Shown: in pieces, positions 15,853 to 23,691 of the stretch | How positions within the stretch are numbered: the stretch's first letter is position 1 | Layout: each line of letters begins with the position of its first letter | NCBI RefSeq assembly: GCF_000253055.1 | Contig: NC_016070.1 | Span: forward strand, 780,001-812,000 | Reading direction: 5' to 3' | From: Thermoproteus tenax Kra 1 | Lineage (GTDB): Archaea > Thermoproteota > Thermoprotei > Thermoproteales > Thermoproteaceae | Length of the DNA: 32,000 bases | Program-made: the position numbers and the translations under genes | The notes under the pieces: generated by a model | Seen by the model: only the letters and a program-made list of their open reading frames with translations | What the model was told of the DNA's origin: nothing | The model's database searches: none

Positions 15853-17001
15853 ATGAAATTGTATGAATACGAAGCCAAAGAGATATTCGCAAAATACGGA
15901 GTCAAAATACCGCCAGGCAAATTGGCTCTTTCACCGCAGGAGGTTCGCAAGATAGCTGAGGAGATCGGCAAGCCGGTAGTGTTAAAGGCCCAAGTCACAG
16001 TGGCGGGCAGAGGAAAGGCGGGCGGCATAAAGGTGGCTAAGTCGCCGCAAGAGGCAGAGGAGCTGGCCAAGCAGATGTTCGGCATGAACATCAAGGGTCT
16101 TACAGTGAGGAAGATTTACGTGACCGAATATGTGGAGGTGGAGCGCGAGATGTACTTGAGCCTCATCATAGATAGAGCCTCTAGGAGGTACCTTTTCCTC
16201 GCCTCCCCTATAGGCGGCGTGGACATTGAGGAAATAGCCAAGAGGGAGCCGGAGAAGATAAAGAGGGTGTACGTAGACCCCTTCGAGGGACTCAAGGACT
16301 TCCACATCAGGGGCATAGTTTCATGGTTGGGCGTTAAGGCCGGTACTCAACAGTGGGAACAAGCCGCGGGCATAGTAAAGGCGATGTACAAGGCCATGAC
16401 GGAGCTGGAGGCTGAGTTGGTAGAAAGCAACCCGCTCGCTGTAACGAAATCGGGCGACGTTATACCGCTTGACGCGAGGATAATAATCGACGATAATGCA
16501 CTTTACAAACATCCAGATCTAGAGAAGGCCTACGAGGAGGATCCGAGGGATGTGACCGAGTTCGAGAGATATGCCCAGAGGATAGGGTTCAACTATGTGG
16601 AACTTGACGGAGATATCGGCATAATAGGCAACGGCGCCGGCCTCACAATGAGCACGATGGATTTAGTATATCACTACGGGGGCAGGCCCGCGAACTTCTT
16701 GGATATAGGCGGAGGAGCCTCGCGCGAGGTGGTGAAGGAGGCCCTTAAGGTCTTGTTGAGGCATCCGAGAGTCAAGGTGATATTCATTAATATATTCGGA
16801 GGCATAACCAGAGCCGACGAAGTGGCCGCAGGCGTCGAGGGAGCCTTAAACGAGTTGGGCAACGCTGGAAAGAAGATCATCGTGAGGATGAAGGGGACCA
16901 ACGAGGAGTTGGGCAGACAAATGTTGGCCAAAATAGGAGTCCCTCTATATGAAAGTGCCGAAGAGGCGGCACAAAAAGCCGTAGAGTTAGCGAGGATATG
17001 A
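15853..17001 (+). CDS. sucC: Succinate-CoA ligase (ADP-forming) beta subunit
   Basis: MKLYEYEAKEIFAKYGVKIPPG, GRGKAGG, NPLAV, GGITRADEVAAGV. Start at MKLY (15853) preferred over 15838. Confidence 0.95.
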   Translation: MKLYEYEAKEIFAKYGVKIPPGKLALSPQEVRKIAEEIGKPVVLKAQVTVAGRGKAGGIKVAKSPQEAEELAKQMFGMNIKGLTVRKIYVTEYVEVEREMYLSLIIDRASRRYLFLASPIGGVDIEEIAKREPEKIKRVYVDPFEGLKDFHIRGIVSWLGVKAGTQQWEQAAGIVKAMYKAMTELEAELVESNPLAVTKSGDVIPLDARIIIDDNALYKHPDLEKAYEEDPRDVTEFERYAQRIGFNYVELDGDIGIIGNGAGLTMSTMDLVYHYGGRPANFLDIGGGASREVVKEALKVLLRHPRVKVIFINIFGGITRADEVAAGVEGALNELGNAGKKIIVRMKGTNEELGRQMLAKIGVPLYESAEEAAQKAVELARI

Positions 17002-17879
17002 CGGTCCTCGTAGGCCCTGATACTAAGGTAATAGTCCAAGGCATAACTGGGAAAGAGGGAAGCTTCCACGCCCAGAGGATGTTGGAATATGGGACCAAAG
17101 TGGTGGGCGGCGTCACGCCCGGCAAGGGAGGCGCTACGGTAGCCGGCGTTCCTGTGTTCGATTCAGTGGAAGAGGCGGTCAGAGCAACGGGTGCCAATGC
17201 GTCCGTGGTGTTTGTCCCGGCCAAGTTCGCAGCTGACGCAGTATACGAGGCCGTAGACGCAGGCATAAAGCTAATAGTAGTGATCACGGAGCATATACCA
17301 ATACATGAAACTCTGAGGTTCGTAAACTACGCTAGAGCGAGGGGGGCCACAGTGATAGGCCCCAACTGCCCTGGCCTTGTGGCGCCTCCGCTCAAGGTGA
17401 AGCTGGGCATAATGCCCAACAGCGTCTATCAAACTCCAGGTAGGATAGGCGTAGTGAGTAGATCGGGCACTCTGACGTACGAAATATCCTATCAACTAGC
17501 CCGCGCGGGGTTGGGGATCAATACAGCCATAGGCGTGGGCGGGGACCCCATAGTGGGCACAGATCTGGTCGAGGCAGCCCTGTTGATGTCCCGAGATCCC
17601 GAGGTTGACGCCATTGTGGCAATAGGCGAAGTGGGAGGAGACGCTGAGGAGAGGCTAGCTAAGCTGTACGCCGAGGGTGTAATAAAGAAGCCCATAGTGG
17701 CATACGTGGCCGGCAGAACGGCGCCGCCAGAGAAGAGGATGGGCCACGCTGGAGCTATAGTGATGTTGGGTTCTGGCGATGCCAACAGCAAGGTGAAGAC
17801 GTTGAGAGAGGCGGGCATACCCGTGGCCGACACGCCCGTGGAAGTTCCTCAACTAGTCTTGAAGGCGCTCAGGAGGTAG
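16998..17879 (+). CDS. sucD: Succinate-CoA ligase alpha subunit
   Basis: VQGITGKEGSFHAQRMLEYGTKVVGGVTPGKGG, GPNCPG, KRMGHAGAIVM (phospho-His region); 4-nt overlap with sucC. Confidence 0.96.
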   Translation: MTVLVGPDTKVIVQGITGKEGSFHAQRMLEYGTKVVGGVTPGKGGATVAGVPVFDSVEEAVRATGANASVVFVPAKFAADAVYEAVDAGIKLIVVITEHIPIHETLRFVNYARARGATVIGPNCPGLVAPPLKVKLGIMPNSVYQTPGRIGVVSRSGTLTYEISYQLARAGLGINTAIGVGGDPIVGTDLVEAALLMSRDPEVDAIVAIGEVGGDAEERLAKLYAEGVIKKPIVAYVAGRTAPPEKRMGHAGAIVMLGSGDANSKVKTLREAGIPVADTPVEVPQLVLKALRR

Positions 17880-17880
17880 C

Positions 17881-18165
17881 TTGTATAGCTCAAGTCCGGT
17901 TTCACACAAAGACCTCTGCGAGATATGCGGTTGGGAACGCGCCGACTTTAGATGCCCCAAATGCGGCCGCCTAGTTTGCCGTTACGACAAAGGCGCCAGA
18001 TATTGCAGAGCTTGCGAGGAGACTTTATGTGAGATCTGTGGCGACGCCTACTCAATTGCGACTTGCTATAGATGCGGCAAGTTGGTCTGCGATAAGTGTA
18101 GCGTGAGGCGCGGCCTTCTGCGTATATGCGTCGAATGTCTTAGGGCCGAGACAAAACCGAGTTGA
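17881..18165 (+). CDS. Small cysteine-rich zinc-binding protein (B-box/zinc-ribbon like)
   Basis: 94 aa with repeated LCEICG...CPKCGRLVCRYD / LCEICG...CYRCGKLVCDKC; TTG start directly after sucD. Confidence 0.7.
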   Translation: MYSSSPVSHKDLCEICGWERADFRCPKCGRLVCRYDKGARYCRACEETLCEICGDAYSIATCYRCGKLVCDKCSVRRGLLRICVECLRAETKPS

Positions 18166-18221
18166 CTCAATATATAACATATATATTAAAAAATATAAAA
18201 GGAGGGTGGTAGTCATAGCAC

Positions 18222-19424
18222 ATGAATGTAACAAAGCTCCTTGCGGGCCGCACAGCCTACATGAGGGCCAGCGAGATACGCGAGCTCCTCAAGTGGGCCA
18301 CCTCGGACGTGATATCGTTCGGCGGGGGCATGCCTGACCCCTCAACGTTCCCCTTGGAGGATATAGCCAGAATAGCCGCCTATGTTCTCGAGAACTATGG
18401 CAATAAGGCGCTACAGTACGGCCAGACTGAGGGCGTCCCAGAGCTCCGCGACGAGTTGGCCAAGTTCTCGCAGTCCAACGGCATCAAAGCGTCAGCAGAG
18501 AATATTATCGTCACTGTGGGAAGCCAAGAGGCTTTAGAGCTACTGGGCAGATTATTCCTCGATGAAGGCTCCACGATAATAACTGAGAATCCCACCTACA
18601 TAGCCGCTCTACAATCATGGCGTGTGTACAGACCCAAAATAGTTGGCATCCCGATGGACGACAATGGGATGAGGACCGATATACTGGAGAAGGAAGTGAG
18701 GAGGTTGAAGTCGGAAGGCGCCAATATAAAGTTCATCTACACAGTGCCGACAGCTCAGAACCCTATGGGCGTCACAATGCCCGACGAGAGAAGGAAGCAT
18801 CTTCTCGAGATCGCGGAGGAGAACGACCTCTTGGTCGTAGAGGACGACCCCTACGGCTACTTCCTCTTTGACAACATAACAGTGACCAGGCTCAAGGCAA
18901 TGGATAGGTCCGGCCGCGTCATATACCTATCTACTGCCTCTAAGATCTTCAGTCCAGGCCTCCGCCTCGGTTGGGTTATAGCCGAGCCTGAGATCGTTAG
19001 ATGGTTCGCCTTAGGTAAACAAGCGTTGAACCTCAACACGCCGACGTTGAACCAATACATGTTGCTGGAGGGCTTGAGGAGGGGCGTGATCCAGAGGAAC
19101 ATACCTAAGATCGTCGAACTCTACAAGAAAAAGAGAGATGCCATGTTGACCGCTTTGGAGTCCTATATGCCCAAGGGAGTAACGTGGACTAAGCCATCGG
19201 GAGGCATGTTCATATGGGTCAGAGTGCCTGAGAAAATCGATACGAAGGAGATGTTGCAAGTAGCTATAACAAAATACAAAGTCGCATATGTGCCTGGGCA
19301 TGGCTTCCATGTGAATGAAGGGGAGGGCAGAAACACCATGCGTCTAAACTTCACGTACAGCACATTCGAGCAGATTGACTTGGGCGTCAGACGTCTGGCG
19401 GACACAATCCGCGAATTTTTATGA
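18222..19424 (+). CDS. PLP-dependent class I/II aminotransferase (2-aminoadipate/aromatic aminotransferase-like)
   Basis: VISFGGGMPDPSTFP, YGQTEGVPELRDEL, YTVPTAQNPMGVTM, STASKIFSPGLRLGW (PLP lysine). Confidence 0.92.
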   Translation: MNVTKLLAGRTAYMRASEIRELLKWATSDVISFGGGMPDPSTFPLEDIARIAAYVLENYGNKALQYGQTEGVPELRDELAKFSQSNGIKASAENIIVTVGSQEALELLGRLFLDEGSTIITENPTYIAALQSWRVYRPKIVGIPMDDNGMRTDILEKEVRRLKSEGANIKFIYTVPTAQNPMGVTMPDERRKHLLEIAEENDLLVVEDDPYGYFLFDNITVTRLKAMDRSGRVIYLSTASKIFSPGLRLGWVIAEPEIVRWFALGKQALNLNTPTLNQYMLLEGLRRGVIQRNIPKIVELYKKKRDAMLTALESYMPKGVTWTKPSGGMFIWVRVPEKIDTKEMLQVAITKYKVAYVPGHGFHVNEGEGRNTMRLNFTYSTFEQIDLGVRRLADTIREFL

Positions 19425-20635
19425 TAACACCTCCTCTAGAGGAGGCCGTCGACATAATAAAAGAGCAACAGAGGCGCGGTTTGATTCATAGGACCCCGCT
19501 CCTCCGCTCTGAATCGTTGTCGAGATCACTTTCGGGCGACGTCTATCTAAAGTTGGAGGCCCTTCAGAAGACGGGCTCGTTCAAGATAAGAGGGGCATAC
19601 TATGCTATGTACAAATACATCGCCGAGGGATACAAAAGGTTTATAACAGCATCTGCGGGCAACCACGCCCAGGGCGTGGCGTATGCTGCACAGCTCCACG
19701 GAGTGGAGGCCACGGTGGTGATGCCCTCAGGTACGCCCTGGCTGAAGGTCAAGAAGACTATGGACTACGGCGCCAAAGTGATCCTTTGGGGCGAGAGCTA
19801 CTATGAGGCCGAGAAAAAGGCTATGGAGCTCCTCAGCCCCGAGGTCAAGTTTCTCCACGCATACAACGACCCCTACGTAATAGCGGGCCAAGGGACTATA
19901 GGGGTTGAGATCCTTGAGGATCTGCCGGACGTAGACTATGTAGTGGTCCCCATAGGAGGCGGCGGGCTGATCTCAGGCATAGCCTACGCCATCAAGAGGG
20001 CTAGACCAAGGGCGAGGATATATGGAGTTCAAGCGAAGGGGGCGCCCTCTGTATACCTCTCACTGAAGGAGGGACGCATAATCACCTTGGAGAGCGTGGA
20101 CACAATTGCCGACGGCATCGCCGTCAAGAGGCCGGGCGAGATCACGATGGAGTTCATACAAAAGTACGTAGACGACGTAGTGCTCGTAGACGACAACGAG
20201 ATCGCCGATGCCATCTATTTTCTGGCGGAGAGATCTCGGGTACTCGCGGAGGGGGCTGGCGCGGCGGCCGTTGCAGCGTTGTTGGCCGGCAGAATAGAGG
20301 AGAGAGGGGGCAGAGGCGTAGCCGTTGTATCGGGCGGCAACATAGATGCGACTGTTTTAGTCAGAGTGTTGAACAAAGTTATGGCCAGACAGGGGAGAAT
20401 AGTCAAGTTGGTTGGAGAGGTGCCCGACAAGCCTGGCATGTTAGCCGCCGCCGCTGCGGTCTTGGCTAAATACAATGTGAACATCATAGACGTCTATCAC
20501 GAGAGATACGACCCTCATCAGCGGCCAAATTACGTCGAGTTGGCCTTCGTCGCCGAGATCCCCGGCAATTTAAATATAGAGCAAGTTCTGGAAGAGTTGA
20601 AAAGAAAAAGTTTCAATTTTTACGTGGCCAAGTGA
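19421..20635 (+). CDS. ilvA: Threonine ammonia-lyase with C-terminal ACT domain
   Basis: LEALQKTGSFKIRGA (PLP Lys), ASAGNHAQGVA, VPIGGGGLISG, C-terminal VKLVGEVPDKPGMLAAAAAVLAKYNVNIIDVYHER. Confidence 0.94.
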   Translation: MITPPLEEAVDIIKEQQRRGLIHRTPLLRSESLSRSLSGDVYLKLEALQKTGSFKIRGAYYAMYKYIAEGYKRFITASAGNHAQGVAYAAQLHGVEATVVMPSGTPWLKVKKTMDYGAKVILWGESYYEAEKKAMELLSPEVKFLHAYNDPYVIAGQGTIGVEILEDLPDVDYVVVPIGGGGLISGIAYAIKRARPRARIYGVQAKGAPSVYLSLKEGRIITLESVDTIADGIAVKRPGEITMEFIQKYVDDVVLVDDNEIADAIYFLAERSRVLAEGAGAAAVAALLAGRIEERGGRGVAVVSGGNIDATVLVRVLNKVMARQGRIVKLVGEVPDKPGMLAAAAAVLAKYNVNIIDVYHERYDPHQRPNYVELAFVAEIPGNLNIEQVLEELKRKSFNFYVAK

Positions 20636-20691
20636 ATAGGACGTCTTGAAAGGCGGCCATAACTAATTAAATTCAAGATAGATGTGCCATA

Positions 20692-21405
20692 ATGCGGACC
20701 AGACTCTTGTATCAAGAGGACAGCTACATCAGAGAATTTGAGGCCTCCGTAGTAGACGTAATAGATAACAAGGTCATTTTAGACAAGACTGCGTTCCACG
20801 ATGGAGAGGGCGGCGTAGAGGCGGACACAGGGTATCTGGAGGCGACTGGCGCCCGATATAGAGTGAGGGCAGGTAGAGAGGGAGGAGAGGTAGTACATAT
20901 AGTTGAGGGAGGACACAACATAAAGGTCAACGATATCGTAAGGGGCGTTTTAGACTGGGAGCCCAGATATCGGAAAATGCGCCTCCATACGGCCGCACAC
21001 ATACTTTCTGCCGTTCTGTACAAAAGGCACAACGCCTTGATAACAGGCGGCGAGATAACTCCGGAGTATGCCAGAGACGATTTCAGTATCGAGGGCGATA
21101 TGAGCCAAGTCCGAAGGGCCTTTGAGGAGGCCATCGCCGAAGTCAACGAGATAGTTGCAAGGGGCATTGAGGTGAAGGTCTATTGGCTACCGAGGGAGGA
21201 AGCTCTGAAGATCCCCGGCATAACTAAATTGGCTGAGAGGACGCCGCCCAACTTGCCTGTATTGAGGATAGTAGAGATACCGGGGGTTGACGTACAAGCA
21301 GACGGAGGGCCTCATGTAAAAAATACACAAGAAATAGGCCAAGTGAAGATAGTAAAGATAGAGAATCGCGGTAGGAACAAGAAGAGGATATACTATACAG
21401 TCTAA
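20692..21405 (+). CDS. alaX: Alanyl-tRNA editing protein AlaX (medium form)
   Basis: HTAAHILSAVLYK, DFSIEGD, VDVQADGGPHVKNTQEIGQVKI. Confidence 0.9.
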   Translation: MRTRLLYQEDSYIREFEASVVDVIDNKVILDKTAFHDGEGGVEADTGYLEATGARYRVRAGREGGEVVHIVEGGHNIKVNDIVRGVLDWEPRYRKMRLHTAAHILSAVLYKRHNALITGGEITPEYARDDFSIEGDMSQVRRAFEEAIAEVNEIVARGIEVKVYWLPREEALKIPGITKLAERTPPNLPVLRIVEIPGVDVQADGGPHVKNTQEIGQVKIVKIENRGRNKKRIYYTV

Positions 21406-22646
21406 AGTATAAGTCGCTCCGGCTCAAGACATCTATTTTTCGCAAGGGCATCGGTCCTCACCTCAACTCCGCCGTATAGCTCCGCCCGCTCTTTCCCGAG
21501 CACGAGGGAGGCAGCGAGCCTGCCTATGGCGTCTGCCTTCATTATGCCGCTCCCGCTCGTGCCGGCTGCAACGTAAAGACCCTCGGCCAGCTTATCCACT
21601 ACGGCGACCCCGTCCACTACATTCTCATCGTAGTAGCCGTACCAAGAATTGTGAGGAGTCTTTCCCTCAAATGCAGGGATGTATTTGCTGAGCACGGGGT
21701 ATATCCCATAGCGCCACAAGGCCTCGTCTACGCCGAACTCGTCAAAGCCATAGGGCCGCCTATCGGCTAGACCTATCCAGAAGTTGCCCTCATCTGGCTC
21801 AGGCCGCACATAGATCCCTCTGGGGAGTATAACAAAGGGCATAGCCCCCTCGCCGGTGAGCGAGTCGTCGTAAAGCAGATTTCTCAACGCTCCATCGGCT
21901 TTTACCACGAACACATGTCTCTTGTGAGGCCTCAGAGGCAGGCCGTAGCCCAATGATGCGGCCAGATCTCCTGTCCACGCGCCCGTTGCAAGAACAACTG
22001 CGTCGGCCTCAACGGAGCCTGAAGCGGTCTGGATCCCCACAATGCGGTAGTCTTGCCACGCAAACGGCTCGCCCGGTATTTCCAATGGTTTTTTGGGCCT
22101 AGCCAATAAGCTTGTCACTTTGACCCCAAACGCAACCCTTCCGCCTAACCTCAAGAACTGTTGTTCGTAGTACCTCAAGACCTTTTCCGGATCCAAGATG
22201 CCTGCATCTCTTATCAAGATGCCGGTAGCTATGTCGTCCAACCCCATCTCTCTAGCTTCTTCATCCTCTGTGACCCTCAGCCTGATGCCCTTGGGTGGGT
22301 CTACGTAGTCTATCGCAAGACCCATAGTCCTCAACTCGCCTATAACAGGCTTGAGGCTCTCCACCTCGCTATTTGTGGCTAAAAAAAGGTAGCCGACAAA
22401 GCGCATGGAGAGAGGCCACCCTCCCCTCTGCACATCTCTGTAAAAATCTATAGTGGTCTTGGCCAATAATCTATTCAACTTTGAGGAGAATATGGTCCTA
22501 AAGGCCGCAGCGGACTTGCCGGTGTCCCCCATCCCGGCGCCCGACATCATGTCCACTACTAAGATATCGTAATGGGGGGCCATCCTCTTGATATGATAGG
22601 CGATGCTCAAACCCACAACGCCGGCGCCTACGATGACCACCCTCAT
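21402..22646 (-). CDS. FAD-dependent oxidoreductase (DAO family, sarcosine oxidase/amino acid dehydrogenase-like)
   Basis: MRVVIVGAGVVGLSIAYHI (GxGxxG), ADAVVLATGAWTGDLA, GLYVAAGTSGSGIMKADAIGRL. Confidence 0.88.
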   Translation of the reverse strand: MRVVIVGAGVVGLSIAYHIKRMAPHYDILVVDMMSGAGMGDTGKSAAAFRTIFSSKLNRLLAKTTIDFYRDVQRGGWPLSMRFVGYLFLATNSEVESLKPVIGELRTMGLAIDYVDPPKGIRLRVTEDEEAREMGLDDIATGILIRDAGILDPEKVLRYYEQQFLRLGGRVAFGVKVTSLLARPKKPLEIPGEPFAWQDYRIVGIQTASGSVEADAVVLATGAWTGDLAASLGYGLPLRPHKRHVFVVKADGALRNLLYDDSLTGEGAMPFVILPRGIYVRPEPDEGNFWIGLADRRPYGFDEFGVDEALWRYGIYPVLSKYIPAFEGKTPHNSWYGYYDENVVDGVAVVDKLAEGLYVAAGTSGSGIMKADAIGRLAASLVLGKERAELYGGVEVRTDALAKNRCLEPERLIL

Positions 22647-22726
22647 GGCTGGAGGATAAATAGGTCTATATATCTATAGCGGGAGTAGAAACGATTATTC
22701 TTTTATATACAATACAGTTTATCTCC

Positions 22727-23107
22727 GTGGAAACCTTCAACCTCTTGAAGGAGAAGGGATACCGATTGACCCCACAGAGGATGGAGGTAGTGAAGATAGT
22801 GTTGGACAAATTGGAGAAGAGGGAACACCCGACGTTCAACGATATAGTGAACGAGGTGAAGGCCAGAATGCCCAGCATAAGCGCAAGCACTGTGTACAAC
22901 ATATTGAGGCTTCTAGAGGAGAACGGCATCGTTGTCTCCTTCGAGAATAACGGCAGGACGTACTACGACAAGGCAGAGCCCCATATCAACGTAGTATGTA
23001 TCGATAGCGATAAAGTTATAGATGTGGAGGACGGCGAGTTAATAAGCCTGTTCAAGAGCAAGGGCATAAGGCCTATATCCATCGTCGTCAAAGCAGTCTG
23101 CAGTTGA
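22727..23107 (+). CDS. Fur-family transcriptional regulator
   Basis: LKEKGYRLTPQRMEVVKIVLDKLEKREHPTFNDIVNEVKARMPSISASTVYNILRLLEENGIV. GTG start with a ttttatatac TATA box just upstream. Confidence 0.85.
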   Translation: METFNLLKEKGYRLTPQRMEVVKIVLDKLEKREHPTFNDIVNEVKARMPSISASTVYNILRLLEENGIVVSFENNGRTYYDKAEPHINVVCIDSDKVIDVEDGELISLFKSKGIRPISIVVKAVCS

Positions 23108-23115
23108 GCCGCCGT

Positions 23116-23171
23116 AGATGATGAGGTAAACCGCGCCGTTGACTCCATGATTGTAGAATCCACAGCTGAAG
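23116..23171 (+). ncRNA. Candidate C/D-box sRNA
   Basis: C box ATGATGA (23118-23124), 12-14 nt guide, D' TTGA (23139-23142), C' ATGATT (23147-23152), 13 nt guide, D CTGA (23166-23169). Size and spacing match crenarchaeal C/D sRNAs; lies between two CDS. Confidence 0.5.
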
Positions 23172-23199
23172 ATTAAAAAGCGAATGTATCAATGACTAC

Positions 23200-23691
23200 A
23201 TGGCTGTGAAAATCGACGTAGTTGACGTGCCCATACCAGAGGGCTCCAACGTCATTATTGGCCACGCCCACTTTATAAAGACTGTCGAGGACATCTACGA
23301 GGCCGTGGTCAACAGCGTGCCGGGCATAAAGTTCGGCCTAGCCTTCTGTGAGGCTTCGGGCAAGAGACTGGTGAGACACGAGGGCAACGACGAAGAGCTC
23401 CGCAAGCTTGCAGTTGATGTAGCCCTGAAGATAGGCGCTGGCCACACCTTCGTCCTCTACATCAAAAACGCCTACCCAATCAACGTGCTCAACGCTATCC
23501 GGCACGTCCCCGAGGTGGTTTCGATTCACGTAGCAACGGCCAACCCTCTGAAGGTATTAATAGCCGAGGTGGAGCCGGAACGTCGCGGGATAATCGGAGT
23601 GGTGGACGGTCACTCTCCACTTGGAATCGAGGGCGATAAAGATAGAGAGGAACGCAAAGCATTTCTTAGGAAGATCGGCTACAAGCTTTAG
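23200..23691 (+). CDS. Adenosine-specific kinase family protein (DUF355)
   Basis: [26 protein letters not shown]..., [34 protein letters not shown]. Confidence 0.85.
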   Translation: MAVKIDVVDVPIPEGSNVIIGHAHFIKTVEDIYEAVVNSVPGIKFGLAFCEASGKRLVRHEGNDEELRKLAVDVALKIGAGHTFVLYIKNAYPINVLNAIRHVPEVVSIHVATANPLKVLIAEVEPERRGIIGVVDGHSPLGIEGDKDREERKAFLRKIGYKL

